From Nitrospiraceae bacterium (lineage in GTDB: Bacteria > Nitrospirota > Thermodesulfovibrionia > Thermodesulfovibrionales > UBA6898), in assembly GCA_003153275.1 (NCBI GenBank), contig PLXX01000072.1, forward strand, positions 1,661 through 52,981: a stretch of DNA of 51,321 nucleotides, in the 5' to 3' direction. Made by a program: the position numbers and the translations under genes. The notes beneath the pieces were generated by a model that was not told where the DNA came from, did no database searches, and saw only the letters and a program-made list of their open reading frames with translations. Below, piece by piece: positions 26,278 through 35,924 of the stretch. Every line of letters starts with the position of its first letter. Within the stretch, counting starts at the first letter, position 1.

Positions 26278-27048
26278 ATGAGCGGAGAAGAGGTAATACT
26301 GGGCTATCGTGTCTCGGTAAAATCTAAAACAGACTGCGTTTCTGAAATCACCGGATGGTTAAAAGACGGCAAAAAAAATAAATATTTTGTCTGCGCCAAC
26401 CCTCACTCTCTTGAAGTTGCCCGGCAAGACGGTCTATTCCGCAACGCAATCAAGGCAGCTGACCTTATCGTGCCCGACGGAATAGGGATTGTGATCGCCT
26501 CCAGGATACTGGGTGGGAATATCAGACGGAGGGTAACCGGCAGTGATATCTTCCTGGGATTGAGCGAAAAGTTGAACGATGAAAAAAAATACACTTATTT
26601 CTTCCTCGGCTCAACAAAAGAAAATCTCCAGAAGATAAGAAATAAGATGGGGACAGATTTTCCGGGCATTAAGGTTGCAGGCACATATTCTCCGCCTTTC
26701 AAAACGGATTTCAGTGAAGAAGATAATCGACTTATGGTAGAGGCTGTCAGCCGTTCTCATCCCGATGTGCTCTGGGTCGGGCTTACTGCCCCCAAGCAGG
26801 AAAAGTGGATATATCAAAACAGAGGCAGACTGGATGTGAAATTCATAGGAGCAATCGGGGCCGTTTTTGATTTTTATACCGGCAATGTTAAAAGGTCGCA
26901 TCCTTTTTTTCAAAAAATAGGGCTTGAATGGCTGCCACGCCTGCTCAGTGAGCCGCGTCGTCTCTGGAGGCGCAACTTTATCTCGAACCCATCTTTTGTG
27001 ATCAGGGTGATATCAAGCAGGATTGCAGGGAAAAAAAAGAGTAGATGA
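26278..27048 (+). CDS. WecB/TagA/CpsF-family (GT26) glycosyltransferase
   Basis: ANPHSLEVARQD...ADLIVPDGIGIVIASRILG...VTGSDIF...LWVGLTAPKQEKW. I used the ATG at 26278, one base after the preceding gene's stop, rather than the TTG at 26257. Confidence 0.85.
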   Translation: MSGEEVILGYRVSVKSKTDCVSEITGWLKDGKKNKYFVCANPHSLEVARQDGLFRNAIKAADLIVPDGIGIVIASRILGGNIRRRVTGSDIFLGLSEKLNDEKKYTYFFLGSTKENLQKIRNKMGTDFPGIKVAGTYSPPFKTDFSEEDNRLMVEAVSRSHPDVLWVGLTAPKQEKWIYQNRGRLDVKFIGAIGAVFDFYTGNVKRSHPFFQKIGLEWLPRLLSEPRRLWRRNFISNPSFVIRVISSRIAGKKKSR

Positions 27049-28175
27049 AAAGTCTTTTCTTGAAGCTGATCGGTCCGGCACCGATCAAAGAGCCGGTGCA
27101 TGTCACAAGAGACGCCCTCTCGGAGATCAGGAAACTCGCCGAAAGGCGGGGTCTGTTAATGCTATTGCACAAACGCCTGACCGAGAACATTGCTGTTATA
27201 GAACCGAAGGAAGAGGTGGAGAGGTTCATCGAGGAAACGAGGCCGCTTCGGTACGTGACAATAGCCCGGTCAATAAGACAGGAAAACGTCGGAAAGGAAA
27301 TCTTGCGGCTCCTCGGCCGTGCAGGAATCCCTGCCGTTGTTTTAAAAGGGAACTCTATTGCGCGTAATCTCTATGGTGACCCATATTGCCGGTCGTCGTC
27401 TGATATCGATCTTCTTATAAGAAGATCTGATGTGATCCCTGCTGATGCCGCCCTCCGCGGCATCGGGTGTCTCAGGGACGATCCACTCCCTCTTATGTTC
27501 TGGCTCAACAGGGTCCATCATGCGGTCTACGTTTATCCGGATACACGCGACCTGATCGAGATCCACTGGGATTTCGGCATACCCTCTTATTTCAGGCTTG
27601 CTTCCGACGATATTTGGGCCGAGGTGGTTTTTGACGCATCGGGAAATCCGGGGTTTTCGATGGAAATGGATGTCATCCAACTGCTCATCCATCATCATAT
27701 GCACGCCTTCAGGGAACTGAAGATCCTTGTTGACATTCTCTGGGCTTTGCATAAATATGATAGTAGGATGGACTGGAACGCTTTTGCAGGCCGTCTCAGG
27801 AAGCTCGGACTTCTTAAGACCGCTATGATCACATTGGCCCAGATAAACAGTGTCTGGAAAGACATCGGGGGTGAGATGGATTGTATCAAAACACTGGGGC
27901 AGGCATTCAGATATATGAGATGCGGCCTGCCGGGGTATTTACTGTCTTATTTCAGAATGGAGATAGAGAGAGAGTACTGTTTCCAATCCAACGGGGACAA
28001 ATTTATGTCCAGATTTGCCCTGGACGGCGCGGCAACGGTATGTCTGTCGTTCCTGAAGTCATTCTTCCCCATGCCTGACGATATAAAGGCGCTTTACAGA
28101 GATAGAAGGGGTTGGGCCCTGCCGTTCAATTACTCCCGGTTTATAACCTGGCGGTTGACGGAGTGGAGAAAGTGA
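27045..28175 (+). CDS. Uncharacterised nucleotidyltransferase-family protein (NTP_transf_5-like)
   Basis: IPAVVLKGNSIARNLYGDPYCRSSSDIDLLIRRSD and IEIHWDF fit the PF14907-type pattern as I recall it. ATGA overlap with the upstream gene. Confidence 0.6.
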   Translation: MKSLFLKLIGPAPIKEPVHVTRDALSEIRKLAERRGLLMLLHKRLTENIAVIEPKEEVERFIEETRPLRYVTIARSIRQENVGKEILRLLGRAGIPAVVLKGNSIARNLYGDPYCRSSSDIDLLIRRSDVIPADAALRGIGCLRDDPLPLMFWLNRVHHAVYVYPDTRDLIEIHWDFGIPSYFRLASDDIWAEVVFDASGNPGFSMEMDVIQLLIHHHMHAFRELKILVDILWALHKYDSRMDWNAFAGRLRKLGLLKTAMITLAQINSVWKDIGGEMDCIKTLGQAFRYMRCGLPGYLLSYFRMEIEREYCFQSNGDKFMSRFALDGAATVCLSFLKSFFPMPDDIKALYRDRRGWALPFNYSRFITWRLTEWRK

Positions 28176-28179
28176 GATC

Positions 28180-29619
28180 ATGACTATTAGATTGATCTAT
28201 TATTTCTTCTCCTACTTCATCGTTGCAGTCGGCCTGGCTTTGGTCTTTGTCCCTCTGATGCGGCCGCTAGCCTTTAAATTGGGGGCGGCAGATATAGGGA
28301 CCGGACGGCGGGTGCACAATGGCATTATTCCGAGACTCGGGGGAGTAGGCATTTTTCTGGCCTTTGTCATCCCCATGATCTTCAGGCTCACGAGAGGCAG
28401 CGGGGACAGTTTCAATTACAATATGTCCGGCGTCCTTCTGGCCTCAGTGATTGTAGTTCTGATCGGGGCCTACGACGACATAAAGGGTGCAAGTGTATCA
28501 AACAAACTGATTGCCGAAATTATTGCTGCGGGAGTAATTTATTGGTGGGGAATCCGTATCACCGTAATCAGCAATCCCTTTGGCAATCCCTTTATCCTGG
28601 GCTGGTTGAGCCTGCCTGTGACCGTACTTTGGATTGTCATCATCACAAATGCGGTTAATTTGGTCGACGGCCTTGACGGGCTTGCAGCCGGAAGCGGCAT
28701 ATTGATATCCGCGACCTTCTTCCTGCTTTCAGGCTCAGATTTAGGCCTTCAAATGACCTATGTAATCCTCGCTGGAAGCCTGGTGGGGTTTCTAAAATAT
28801 AATTTCCCGCCTGCCTCGATCTTTATGGGCGACTCTGGAAGCCTCTTCCTCGGTTTCATCCTTGCCTCGACCTCTATACTTTCTTCTCGTAAGGCGACGG
28901 CCCTGGCTACAATGATGGTCCCTATCATTGCCTTCATCTTTCCGCTCATGGATATGGCTTACGCCGTCTTGAGGCGGTATCACCGAGGAATTTCGCTCGG
29001 CAAGGCCGACAGGGAGCACATACACCATAAACTTCTCGAAATGGGGTTAAGTAAGAAAAAGGTTCTGTTACTCATGTACGCTATGAATGCCGGTGTTATG
29101 TTATGGATTTTATTACTCGTCAAGAGGCAGTTGAATATCGACTTCTGGGGACTCGTTCTGGTCGTCCTGCTTTCCATCCTCGGGCTACGGTTTCTTGGCT
29201 ACATCGAATTTCTCCAGCTTGTCAAGGATGGACTCAGAAAATTCAGGGGCGCAAAGAAGAGAAGATATGATGATTATGTCTTGAGCAGTTTCAGCCTCAA
29301 TGCTTCCAAAAGCACCGAGTTCCAAGATTTCGAACAGCATCTGACGCTTCTTTTTGAAGAATATAATTTTCATTCCGTCAAGATCATTCTCAACGACCCC
29401 TCTTTCAGAAGCCCTTATTTCATATATAACGATGGAAAAGGCTCCGGAAACTCGATCAATCTCTCTTTTCCGATCGTCTACGGGAACGAATGTCTTGGTG
29501 AAATTCAGATCAGCAAGATGATGGATGAGAATCGGCTTATGTGCACTTCGGAGCTGATACTGGCTCTGTCCGAGGAGGTAGGCAGATTCGTTCAAAAGAC
29601 AGCTGGGGAGAGCAAATAA
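28180..29619 (+). CDS. MraY/WecA-family polyprenyl-phosphate HexNAc-1-phosphate transferase with a ~125-aa C-terminal soluble extension
   Basis: NAVNLVDGLDGLAAG, FMGDSGSLFLGF and HIHHKLL are present. The TM core ends near residue ~350. Residues ~355-479 are non-membrane (…FEEYNFHSVKIILNDPSFRSPYFIYNDGKG…GEIQISKMMDENRL…). Confidence 0.85.
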   Translation: MTIRLIYYFFSYFIVAVGLALVFVPLMRPLAFKLGAADIGTGRRVHNGIIPRLGGVGIFLAFVIPMIFRLTRGSGDSFNYNMSGVLLASVIVVLIGAYDDIKGASVSNKLIAEIIAAGVIYWWGIRITVISNPFGNPFILGWLSLPVTVLWIVIITNAVNLVDGLDGLAAGSGILISATFFLLSGSDLGLQMTYVILAGSLVGFLKYNFPPASIFMGDSGSLFLGFILASTSILSSRKATALATMMVPIIAFIFPLMDMAYAVLRRYHRGISLGKADREHIHHKLLEMGLSKKKVLLLMYAMNAGVMLWILLLVKRQLNIDFWGLVLVVLLSILGLRFLGYIEFLQLVKDGLRKFRGAKKRRYDDYVLSSFSLNASKSTEFQDFEQHLTLLFEEYNFHSVKIILNDPSFRSPYFIYNDGKGSGNSINLSFPIVYGNECLGEIQISKMMDENRLMCTSELILALSEEVGRFVQKTAGESK

Positions 29620-29800
29620 CAAAACCTTGCTTTGATTATCAGGGATGGGTGGTGAATCGTCCTGTCCGCTGCCCGGGAAATGCCGCTGACTTGGCAAACG
29701 TCCTAAACCTGCAGGAGTAACCCCTGCCGACCGTCAGGCGAATGCATAAATCATCATGCGAATGAGGAGGCTGTCCAGCGATAAGGACCTAGTGATCAGT

Positions 29801-29894
29801 TCATCGATCAGTCCATCGATCAATTTTGCACGTGCCGGCTTTTAAGTAAGAGCAATGGAATCAATTTTTTTCTGGATATCAAAGCTCGCATGGT
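29801..29894. repeat. Right copy of the ~94-nt direct repeat. It contains the functional start of the ydcF-like gene.
   Basis: See the left copy (639-731). It includes the ATG at 29855 and codons 1-13 (MESIFFWISKLAW). Confidence 0.85.
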
Positions 29895-30670
29895 CAATGA
29901 TTGGACCGGAAAACCTGTTCCTGTTCCTGCTGCTTATTACCTGGATATTGCTCTGGCGCGGGGCATACAGACCGGCAAAGCTGCTGCTGGGATTTGTGAT
30001 AATTGTGCTGATGGTGGTGGCATTGTTCCCCATAGGAGAGTGGCTTTTATACCCATTGGAAACACGCTTTCCTGTGAACCCTGCGTTGCCCGAAAAAATT
30101 GATGGCATCATAGTCTTGAGTGGCTCGGAAGATGCCATTCTTTCATCCCTCTGGAACCAGGTGGAGCTGGGAGACGGTGCTGAACGTGATATAGCTTTTC
30201 TTGAGTTGGCAAGACGATACCCCAGTGCAAAATTGGTATTTACTGGAGGTAGCGGAAGTCTGATGCACCAGGAATATAAGGCAGCCGACGTTGCTCATCG
30301 ATTATTTGACAAGCTGGGGTTGGACCTTTCACGGGTCACGTTTGAGCGAAACTCCAGAAATACTTTTGAAAATGCAGTGCTAAGCAAAGAACTGGTGAGG
30401 CCTAATCCCGGTCAAAAATGGATTTTGATAACTTCAGCCTGGCACATGCCGCGTTCAGTCGGAATTTTCTGCAAAGCCGGCTGGCCTGTGATTCCATATC
30501 CAGTAGATCACTGGACAATGCCGGGAAAGCTCCTCCGAATTGAAGTTGAGCTTAGTGGTCATCTTCGGGGTCTTGCAGCTGGCGTGAAGGAATGGGTTGG
30601 ACTGATAGCTTACTACTTTTCCGGAAAAACGACAGCGCTGTTCCCGGACCAATGTGGCCAGCCCTTTTAG
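29855..30670 (+). CDS. YdcF/ElyC/SanA-family (DUF218) envelope protein
   Basis: N-terminal TM segments, then IDGIIVLSGSED, LVFTGGSGS, NTFENAVLSKEL and ILITSAWHMPRS. Confidence 0.8.
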   Translation: MESIFFWISKLAWSMIGPENLFLFLLLITWILLWRGAYRPAKLLLGFVIIVLMVVALFPIGEWLLYPLETRFPVNPALPEKIDGIIVLSGSEDAILSSLWNQVELGDGAERDIAFLELARRYPSAKLVFTGGSGSLMHQEYKAADVAHRLFDKLGLDLSRVTFERNSRNTFENAVLSKELVRPNPGQKWILITSAWHMPRSVGIFCKAGWPVIPYPVDHWTMPGKLLRIEVELSGHLRGLAAGVKEWVGLIAYYFSGKTTALFPDQCGQPF

Positions 30671-30826
30671 CGGTCATCCTCGTCGCTGTTTATAATAATA
30701 GTGCCTCCTTTCCTCAGAACTGCATCAAAAGCGTCCTTTTCCCGCCTCTCCCCTGATTGAATTAATTGAAGTTGTACCGCACTTCACGCGGTTCTGGTCG
30801 TCTGAAAAAAAGCCTCCACTGACAAG

Positions 30827-30856
30827 CTGACAAACAAGTCGGCGAGGAAGTATAAT
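30827..30856 (+). promoter_or_regulatory. Candidate sigma70 promoter of the GDP-fucose operon
   Basis: CTGACA (30827-30832), 18-nt spacer, perfect TATAAT (30851-30856). An AGGAGG RBS lies 6 nt before the ATG at 30894. Confidence 0.45.
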
Positions 30857-30893
30857 ATCTTTCTGCATCAGGCAAGTATACAGGAGGGATTTC

Positions 30894-32030
30894 ATGAAAA
30901 GACAGAAGATTGCGCTTATAACCGGGATCACCGGGCAGGACGGGGCATATCTTGCCGAATTGCTGCTCAATAAGGGATATATGGTACATGGCATCAAACG
31001 TCGCTCCTCATTGTTCAACACGCAGAGGATCGACCATCTATACCATGACCCTCATGAAAAAGGGCTCCGGCTGAAACTCCATTATGGTGATCTGACCGAC
31101 TCGACCAATCTGATCCGCATTATACAGGAGACCCAGCCTGACGAGATATATAACCTTGCGGCCCAATCCCATGTGCAGGTATCATTTGAGACGCCTGAAT
31201 ATACAGCTAACGCAGATGCCCTCGGCACCTTGCGTCTTCTCGAAGCCCTTCGGATCCTGAACATGACTAAGAAGGTGAGGTTCTACCAAGCATCCACAAG
31301 CGAGCTGTATGGCAAGGTGCAGGAAACGCCGCAACGGGAAACCACGCCCTTTTACCCGCGGAGCCCATATGCGGTGGCAAAGCTGTATTCGTACTGGATT
31401 ACTGTAAACTATCGGGAGGCATACGGCCTCCATGCAAGCAACGGCATTCTCTTCAACCACGAGTCCCCTGTCCGGGGGGAGACCTTTGTGACTAGAAAAA
31501 TAACCCGGGCGGTGGCCCGGATCTGTCTCGGCCTCCAAAAGAAGATCTTTCTGGGGAATATGGATGCAAAACGCGACTGGGGGCATGCCAAGGATTATGT
31601 CAAAGCCATGTGGCTTGTCCTGCAGCAGAAGCAGCCTGACGATTATGTTATCGCCACAGGGCATCAGTACTCTGTAAGACAGTTCGTTGAGCTGGCATTC
31701 AAAGAGGTTGGAGTTAAACTTGATTGGAAGGGAAAAGGGGTCGAGGGAAAAGGGATCGTAAGCAGCATTAACAGTAAACAGAAGTCATTGCGGCCTTCTC
31801 ATCTTGAGGTTGGAGATATTGTAGTAGAGATCGATTCACGATACTTCAGGCCCACTGAAGTCGAAACCCTTCTTGGTGATGCGACCAAGGCGAGGAAGAA
31901 GCTCGGCTGGAAGCCCGAGATATCCTTTAAAGAGCTTGTGGCCGAGATGGTGGCCGTGGATCTCAAAGAGGCCGAGAGGGACAGTCTCTGCAAACGTGAA
32001 GGCTACAAGGTGATGCGGTTTGATGAATAA
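30894..32030 (+). CDS. gmd: GDP-mannose 4,6-dehydratase
   Basis: [44 protein letters not shown]...[12 protein letters not shown]...[14 protein letters not shown]...SPYAVAKLY is unmistakable Gmd. Confidence 0.95.
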   Translation: MKRQKIALITGITGQDGAYLAELLLNKGYMVHGIKRRSSLFNTQRIDHLYHDPHEKGLRLKLHYGDLTDSTNLIRIIQETQPDEIYNLAAQSHVQVSFETPEYTANADALGTLRLLEALRILNMTKKVRFYQASTSELYGKVQETPQRETTPFYPRSPYAVAKLYSYWITVNYREAYGLHASNGILFNHESPVRGETFVTRKITRAVARICLGLQKKIFLGNMDAKRDWGHAKDYVKAMWLVLQQKQPDDYVIATGHQYSVRQFVELAFKEVGVKLDWKGKGVEGKGIVSSINSKQKSLRPSHLEVGDIVVEIDSRYFRPTEVETLLGDATKARKKLGWKPEISFKELVAEMVAVDLKEAERDSLCKREGYKVMRFDE

Positions 32031-32064
32031 GGTATATGAATAGTGCATGTAAATAGAGACCGTG

Positions 32065-33039
32065 ATGCAATCTGACTCCAGAATATTCGTTGCAGGAGGG
32101 ACGGGGATGGTCGGCGCGGCTATTATCCGGCTGCTGCTGTCTGCCGGGTATTCGAATATCATCTCAAACTGCTTTAGCAAGAATCCTGAAACCGGCACCG
32201 GGCCGGGGGTCACATTTATTAAACTCGACCTTACCCGCCAGTCAGAGGTTGAGTCCTTCTTTGAAAAAGAGAGGCCGGAATATGTCTTTCTGGCCGCGGC
32301 AAAGGTCGGTGGCATCCTTGCAAACAGTACCTATAAGGCCGATTTCATCTATCGGAACATCATGATTGCGTCGAACATTATCCACGCAGCATATCTGTTC
32401 GGAGCAAAACGGTTGCTGAACCTCGGGTCATCCTGCATCTATCCGAAGTTTGCACCCCAGCCTATGAAAGAGGAGGCCCTTCTCACCGGCACGCTCGAAC
32501 CCACCAATGAGCCGTATGCCATAGCCAAGATCGCGGCGATCAAGCTCTGTAGGTACTATAACGAGCAATACGGCACGGACTTCATTTCTGCAATGCCGAC
32601 TAACCTGTACGGACTCCACGACAATTTTGACCTCAGTAATTCTCATGCGCTCCCTGCAATGATCCGAAAATTTCATGAAGCGAAACTGGCAATGTCAAAA
32701 AACGTCCAGCTCTGGGGCAGCGGTACACCCTTCCGCGAGTTCCTCTATGTGGACGACCTTGCCGCTGCCTGCTTTTTTCTGATGAATAACTGCAGCCACA
32801 AAGAAATCGGCGAGTGCGTCAATGTTGGCACAGGGACAGACCTCACGATCAGGGCCCTTGCCGAGATGATACAGGAGATCGTCGGCTTCAGCGGCGATAT
32901 TGTTTGGGACAGCTCGAAACCTGACGGCACACCAAAAAAACTTCTGGACATTTCAAGGATACGAGCCCTGGGATGGGAGCCGAAGACAACGCTGGAAGAA
33001 GGGATAAAAAAGACTTACGAATGGTATCTTGGTATCTAG
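32065..33039 (+). CDS. fcl: GDP-L-fucose synthase (GDP-4-keto-6-deoxymannose 3,5-epimerase/4-reductase)
   Basis: [71 protein letters not shown]. Confidence 0.93.
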   Translation: MQSDSRIFVAGGTGMVGAAIIRLLLSAGYSNIISNCFSKNPETGTGPGVTFIKLDLTRQSEVESFFEKERPEYVFLAAAKVGGILANSTYKADFIYRNIMIASNIIHAAYLFGAKRLLNLGSSCIYPKFAPQPMKEEALLTGTLEPTNEPYAIAKIAAIKLCRYYNEQYGTDFISAMPTNLYGLHDNFDLSNSHALPAMIRKFHEAKLAMSKNVQLWGSGTPFREFLYVDDLAAACFFLMNNCSHKEIGECVNVGTGTDLTIRALAEMIQEIVGFSGDIVWDSSKPDGTPKKLLDISRIRALGWEPKTTLEEGIKKTYEWYLGI

Positions 33040-34545
33040 ATGAAAGAAAACCATAATAAAATACTTCCGGTCATCCTCTCAGGTGGATCGGGGACAAGGC
33101 TCTGGCCATTGTCACGAGAGCTCTATCCCAAGCAGCTTCTACCCCTGGTTGATGAAAAGACCATGCTCCAGAACACTATCATACGACTGGACGGCATAGT
33201 TGATCTGGGACCACCCCTGGTTGTTTGCAACGAAAGCCACCGTTTCATGGTCGCAGAGCAACTGCGGCTGATAAACATCCAGCCCTCTGCTGTTGTGCTG
33301 GAGCCGGTTGGCCGCAATACTGCTCCTGCTGTTGCGATCGCAGCGCTTCAGGCGATGAAGGGAGGGGCTGACCCTGTTTTGCTGGTGCTGCCAGCAGACC
33401 ATGTTATAAAAGAATTAGTTGCATTCCATAACACAGTAGAGGAAGGGGCCAGGCTGGCCAATGACGGCAGTCTCATCACTTTCGGGATTGTTCCTGATAA
33501 GCCTGAAACAGGATATGGATATATAAAAAAGGGCAGGCAGATAAAGATCAAGGCTGGGGTAAAGGCTGAGGCTAAAGCAAAGAGCGAAAATAAAAAAAAT
33601 AAAAAAGCACTTATTGCTGCTTTTAAAGTCGACCGCTTTGAGGAAAAGCCCGATCTGGCAAATGCAAAAAAATTTATCTCCTCGGGCGAGTATCTCTGGA
33701 ACAGCGGCATGTTTATGTTCAGGGCATCGGTATATCTGGAGGAACTCAGGCGTTTTGCGCCGGACATACTCTCAGCCTGCCGGAAGACCCTGAAAGGGTC
33801 TGTCAGGGATCTCGATTTCACACGGCTCGATGAGAAAGCCTTTGCAGGCTGCCGCAGTGATTCAATAGACTATGCGGTCATGGAAAAGACAGGGTCTGCT
33901 GTAGTTATTCCTCTCGATGCCGGCTGGAATGATATAGGGTCCTGGTCAGCCCTATGGGAAGTTCTGGAGAAGGACGAGAACGGCAATGCTGTTGCAGGTG
34001 ATGTCATAATAAGGGACGTAAGCAATTCCTTTATCTACGCAGGAAGCAGGTTGGTTGCGGCAATTGGAGTTAAGGACCACATTATAATCGAGACGGCAGA
34101 TGCTGTCCTGGTGGCTGACAAAGATGAGACCCAGAAGGTAAAAAATATTGTTGCACATCTCAAATCGCAAAAAAGAGGCGAGGCACTCCTGCACCGGAGG
34201 GTGAACAGGCCGTGGGGTGCCTATGAGAGCATAGACAGTTCAGACCGGTTCCAGGTGAAGCGCATCACTGTCAATCCAGGGGCTTGTCTCTCTCTGCAGA
34301 AACACCATCACCGCGCAGAACACTGGATAGTCGTCAAGGGAACAGCACGTATCACCAAGGGCAACGAGGTGATAACCATTACCGAAAACGAATCAACATA
34401 TATCCCTCTCGGAACAAGACACCGCCTTGAAAACCCCGGAAAGATACCACTGGAACTGATAGAAGTCCAGTCGGGGAGCTATTTGGGTGAAGACGATATA
34501 GAGCGGTTTGATGACAGATACGGAAGAAAAGGCAGTAGCAAATAG
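33040..34545 (+). CDS. manC: Mannose-1-phosphate guanylyltransferase / mannose-6-phosphate isomerase (bifunctional type)
   Basis: VILSGGSGTRLWPLSRELYPKQLL at the N-terminus and a C-terminal cupin (HHHRAEHWIVVKGTA). It carries an unusual Lys/Ala-rich insertion at residues ~167-193. Confidence 0.93.
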   Translation: MKENHNKILPVILSGGSGTRLWPLSRELYPKQLLPLVDEKTMLQNTIIRLDGIVDLGPPLVVCNESHRFMVAEQLRLINIQPSAVVLEPVGRNTAPAVAIAALQAMKGGADPVLLVLPADHVIKELVAFHNTVEEGARLANDGSLITFGIVPDKPETGYGYIKKGRQIKIKAGVKAEAKAKSENKKNKKALIAAFKVDRFEEKPDLANAKKFISSGEYLWNSGMFMFRASVYLEELRRFAPDILSACRKTLKGSVRDLDFTRLDEKAFAGCRSDSIDYAVMEKTGSAVVIPLDAGWNDIGSWSALWEVLEKDENGNAVAGDVIIRDVSNSFIYAGSRLVAAIGVKDHIIIETADAVLVADKDETQKVKNIVAHLKSQKRGEALLHRRVNRPWGAYESIDSSDRFQVKRITVNPGACLSLQKHHHRAEHWIVVKGTARITKGNEVITITENESTYIPLGTRHRLENPGKIPLELIEVQSGSYLGEDDIERFDDRYGRKGSSK

Positions 34546-34571
34546 TCTTCTCTAAATAGAGTTGATTGAAC

Positions 34572-35924
34572 ATGAATCACATTAACTGCTTTAAGGCATA
34601 CGACATTCGCGGCAGGATCCCTGATGAACTGAACGAGGAGATCGTTTATCGCATCGGGCGGGCCTATGCGGAGTTTCTGAAACCTTCGAAAGTGATCATC
34701 GGCCGGGATGTGCGCCTTAGCAGCGATGCCTTCAGCTCATCACTTGCCAGGGGACTTACGGACGCAGGAGTGGATGTATATGACATCGGGCTCTGTGGCA
34801 CGGAGGAGGTCTATTTCTCAACCTTTCATAACAACATGGACGGCGGGATTATGGTGACAGCAAGCCATAACCCAATAGACTATAACGGCATGAAACTCGT
34901 ACGTGAGGGGTCGAAGCCTATCAGTGGTGACACAGGCCTGTTCACAATAAGAAAGCTTGCTGAGGAAAACTGCTTTACTGATTCAGCAACAAAAGGGAAG
35001 ATAACTCCGCTTGATGACAGGGATGCATATATAAGGCACCTGCTTGGGTATATCGACGCTCTCTCTCTTAAACCTCTTAAGGTGGTAGTCAATGCAGGCA
35101 ATGGCTGTGCAGGTCCTGTCATCGATCTTCTCGAAAAACATCTCCCCTTTGAGTTCATAAGAATCAACCATAAGTCGGACGGGACATTCCCGAACGGAAT
35201 ACCGAACCCGCTTCTGCCTGAAAACAGGGCAGCGACAATAAAGGCAGTTCTTGCCCATGACGCAGACTTCGGGATAGCCTGGGACGGAGACTTTGACCGC
35301 TGTTTTCTCTTCGATGAAAAGGGAAGTTTTATTGAAGGCTATTACATTGTGGGGCTGCTCGCATCAGCTATCCTGATCAACAACCCCGGGGCAAGGATCA
35401 TTCATGATCCGCGCCTCACCTGGAACACCATCGACCTCGTCAGGCAGGCGGGCGGCATACCCGTGCAAAGCAAGACAGGGCATGCATTTATCAAGGAACG
35501 GATGAGGGTAGAAGACGCCGTCTACGGCGGTGAGATGAGCGCCCATCACTATTTTAGGGATTTTGCCTACTGCGACAGTGGTATGATACCGTGGCTTTTG
35601 ATCGCAGAGATTATGTCAGTATCGGGAAAGCCCCTTTCCGCTCTGCTCGGGGAGCGCATGCAGCTCTTCCCGGCAAGCGGCGAGATCAACAGGAGGCTGA
35701 TAGATCCATCCGCTGCCATCCGTCGTATCGAAGACCGGTATCAGAAAGGGTCCCTGATCATAGACCGCACTGACGGCCTGAGTATTGAGTTCCCCACCTG
35801 GCGATTTAACCTCAGGAGTTCGAACACCGAGCCGGTCGTCAGGCTGAACGTTGAGTCCCGCGGAGATGATCAGCTGATGCAGGCTAAAACTGCTGAGATT
35901 CTTTCCCTTCTTGATAATTTTTGA
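34572..35924 (+). CDS. manB: Phosphomannomutase/phosphoglucomutase
   Basis: [28 protein letters not shown] (phosphoserine loop), [22 protein letters not shown] used the ATG at 34572 rather than the TTG at 34566. Confidence 0.93.
   Translation: MNHINCFKAYDIRGRIPDELNEEIVYRIGRAYAEFLKPSKVIIGRDVRLSSDAFSSSLARGLTDAGVDVYDIGLCGTEEVYFSTFHNNMDGGIMVTASHNPIDYNGMKLVREGSKPISGDTGLFTIRKLAEENCFTDSATKGKITPLDDRDAYIRHLLGYIDALSLKPLKVVVNAGNGCAGPVIDLLEKHLPFEFIRINHKSDGTFPNGIPNPLLPENRAATIKAVLAHDADFGIAWDGDFDRCFLFDEKGSFIEGYYIVGLLASAILINNPGARIIHDPRLTWNTIDLVRQAGGIPVQSKTGHAFIKERMRVEDAVYGGEMSAHHYFRDFAYCDSGMIPWLLIAEIMSVSGKPLSALLGERMQLFPASGEINRRLIDPSAAIRRIEDRYQKGSLIIDRTDGLSIEFPTWRFNLRSSNTEPVVRLNVESRGDDQLMQAKTAEILSLLDNF

Noticed and set aside
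29185-29697. 170-aa antisense ORF covering the C-terminal extension of the WecA-like gene
   Set aside because: It has no RBS or family resemblance. The plus-strand frame is continuous with the transferase and has a domain-like composition. I kept this as a caveat for the C-terminal-extension finding.
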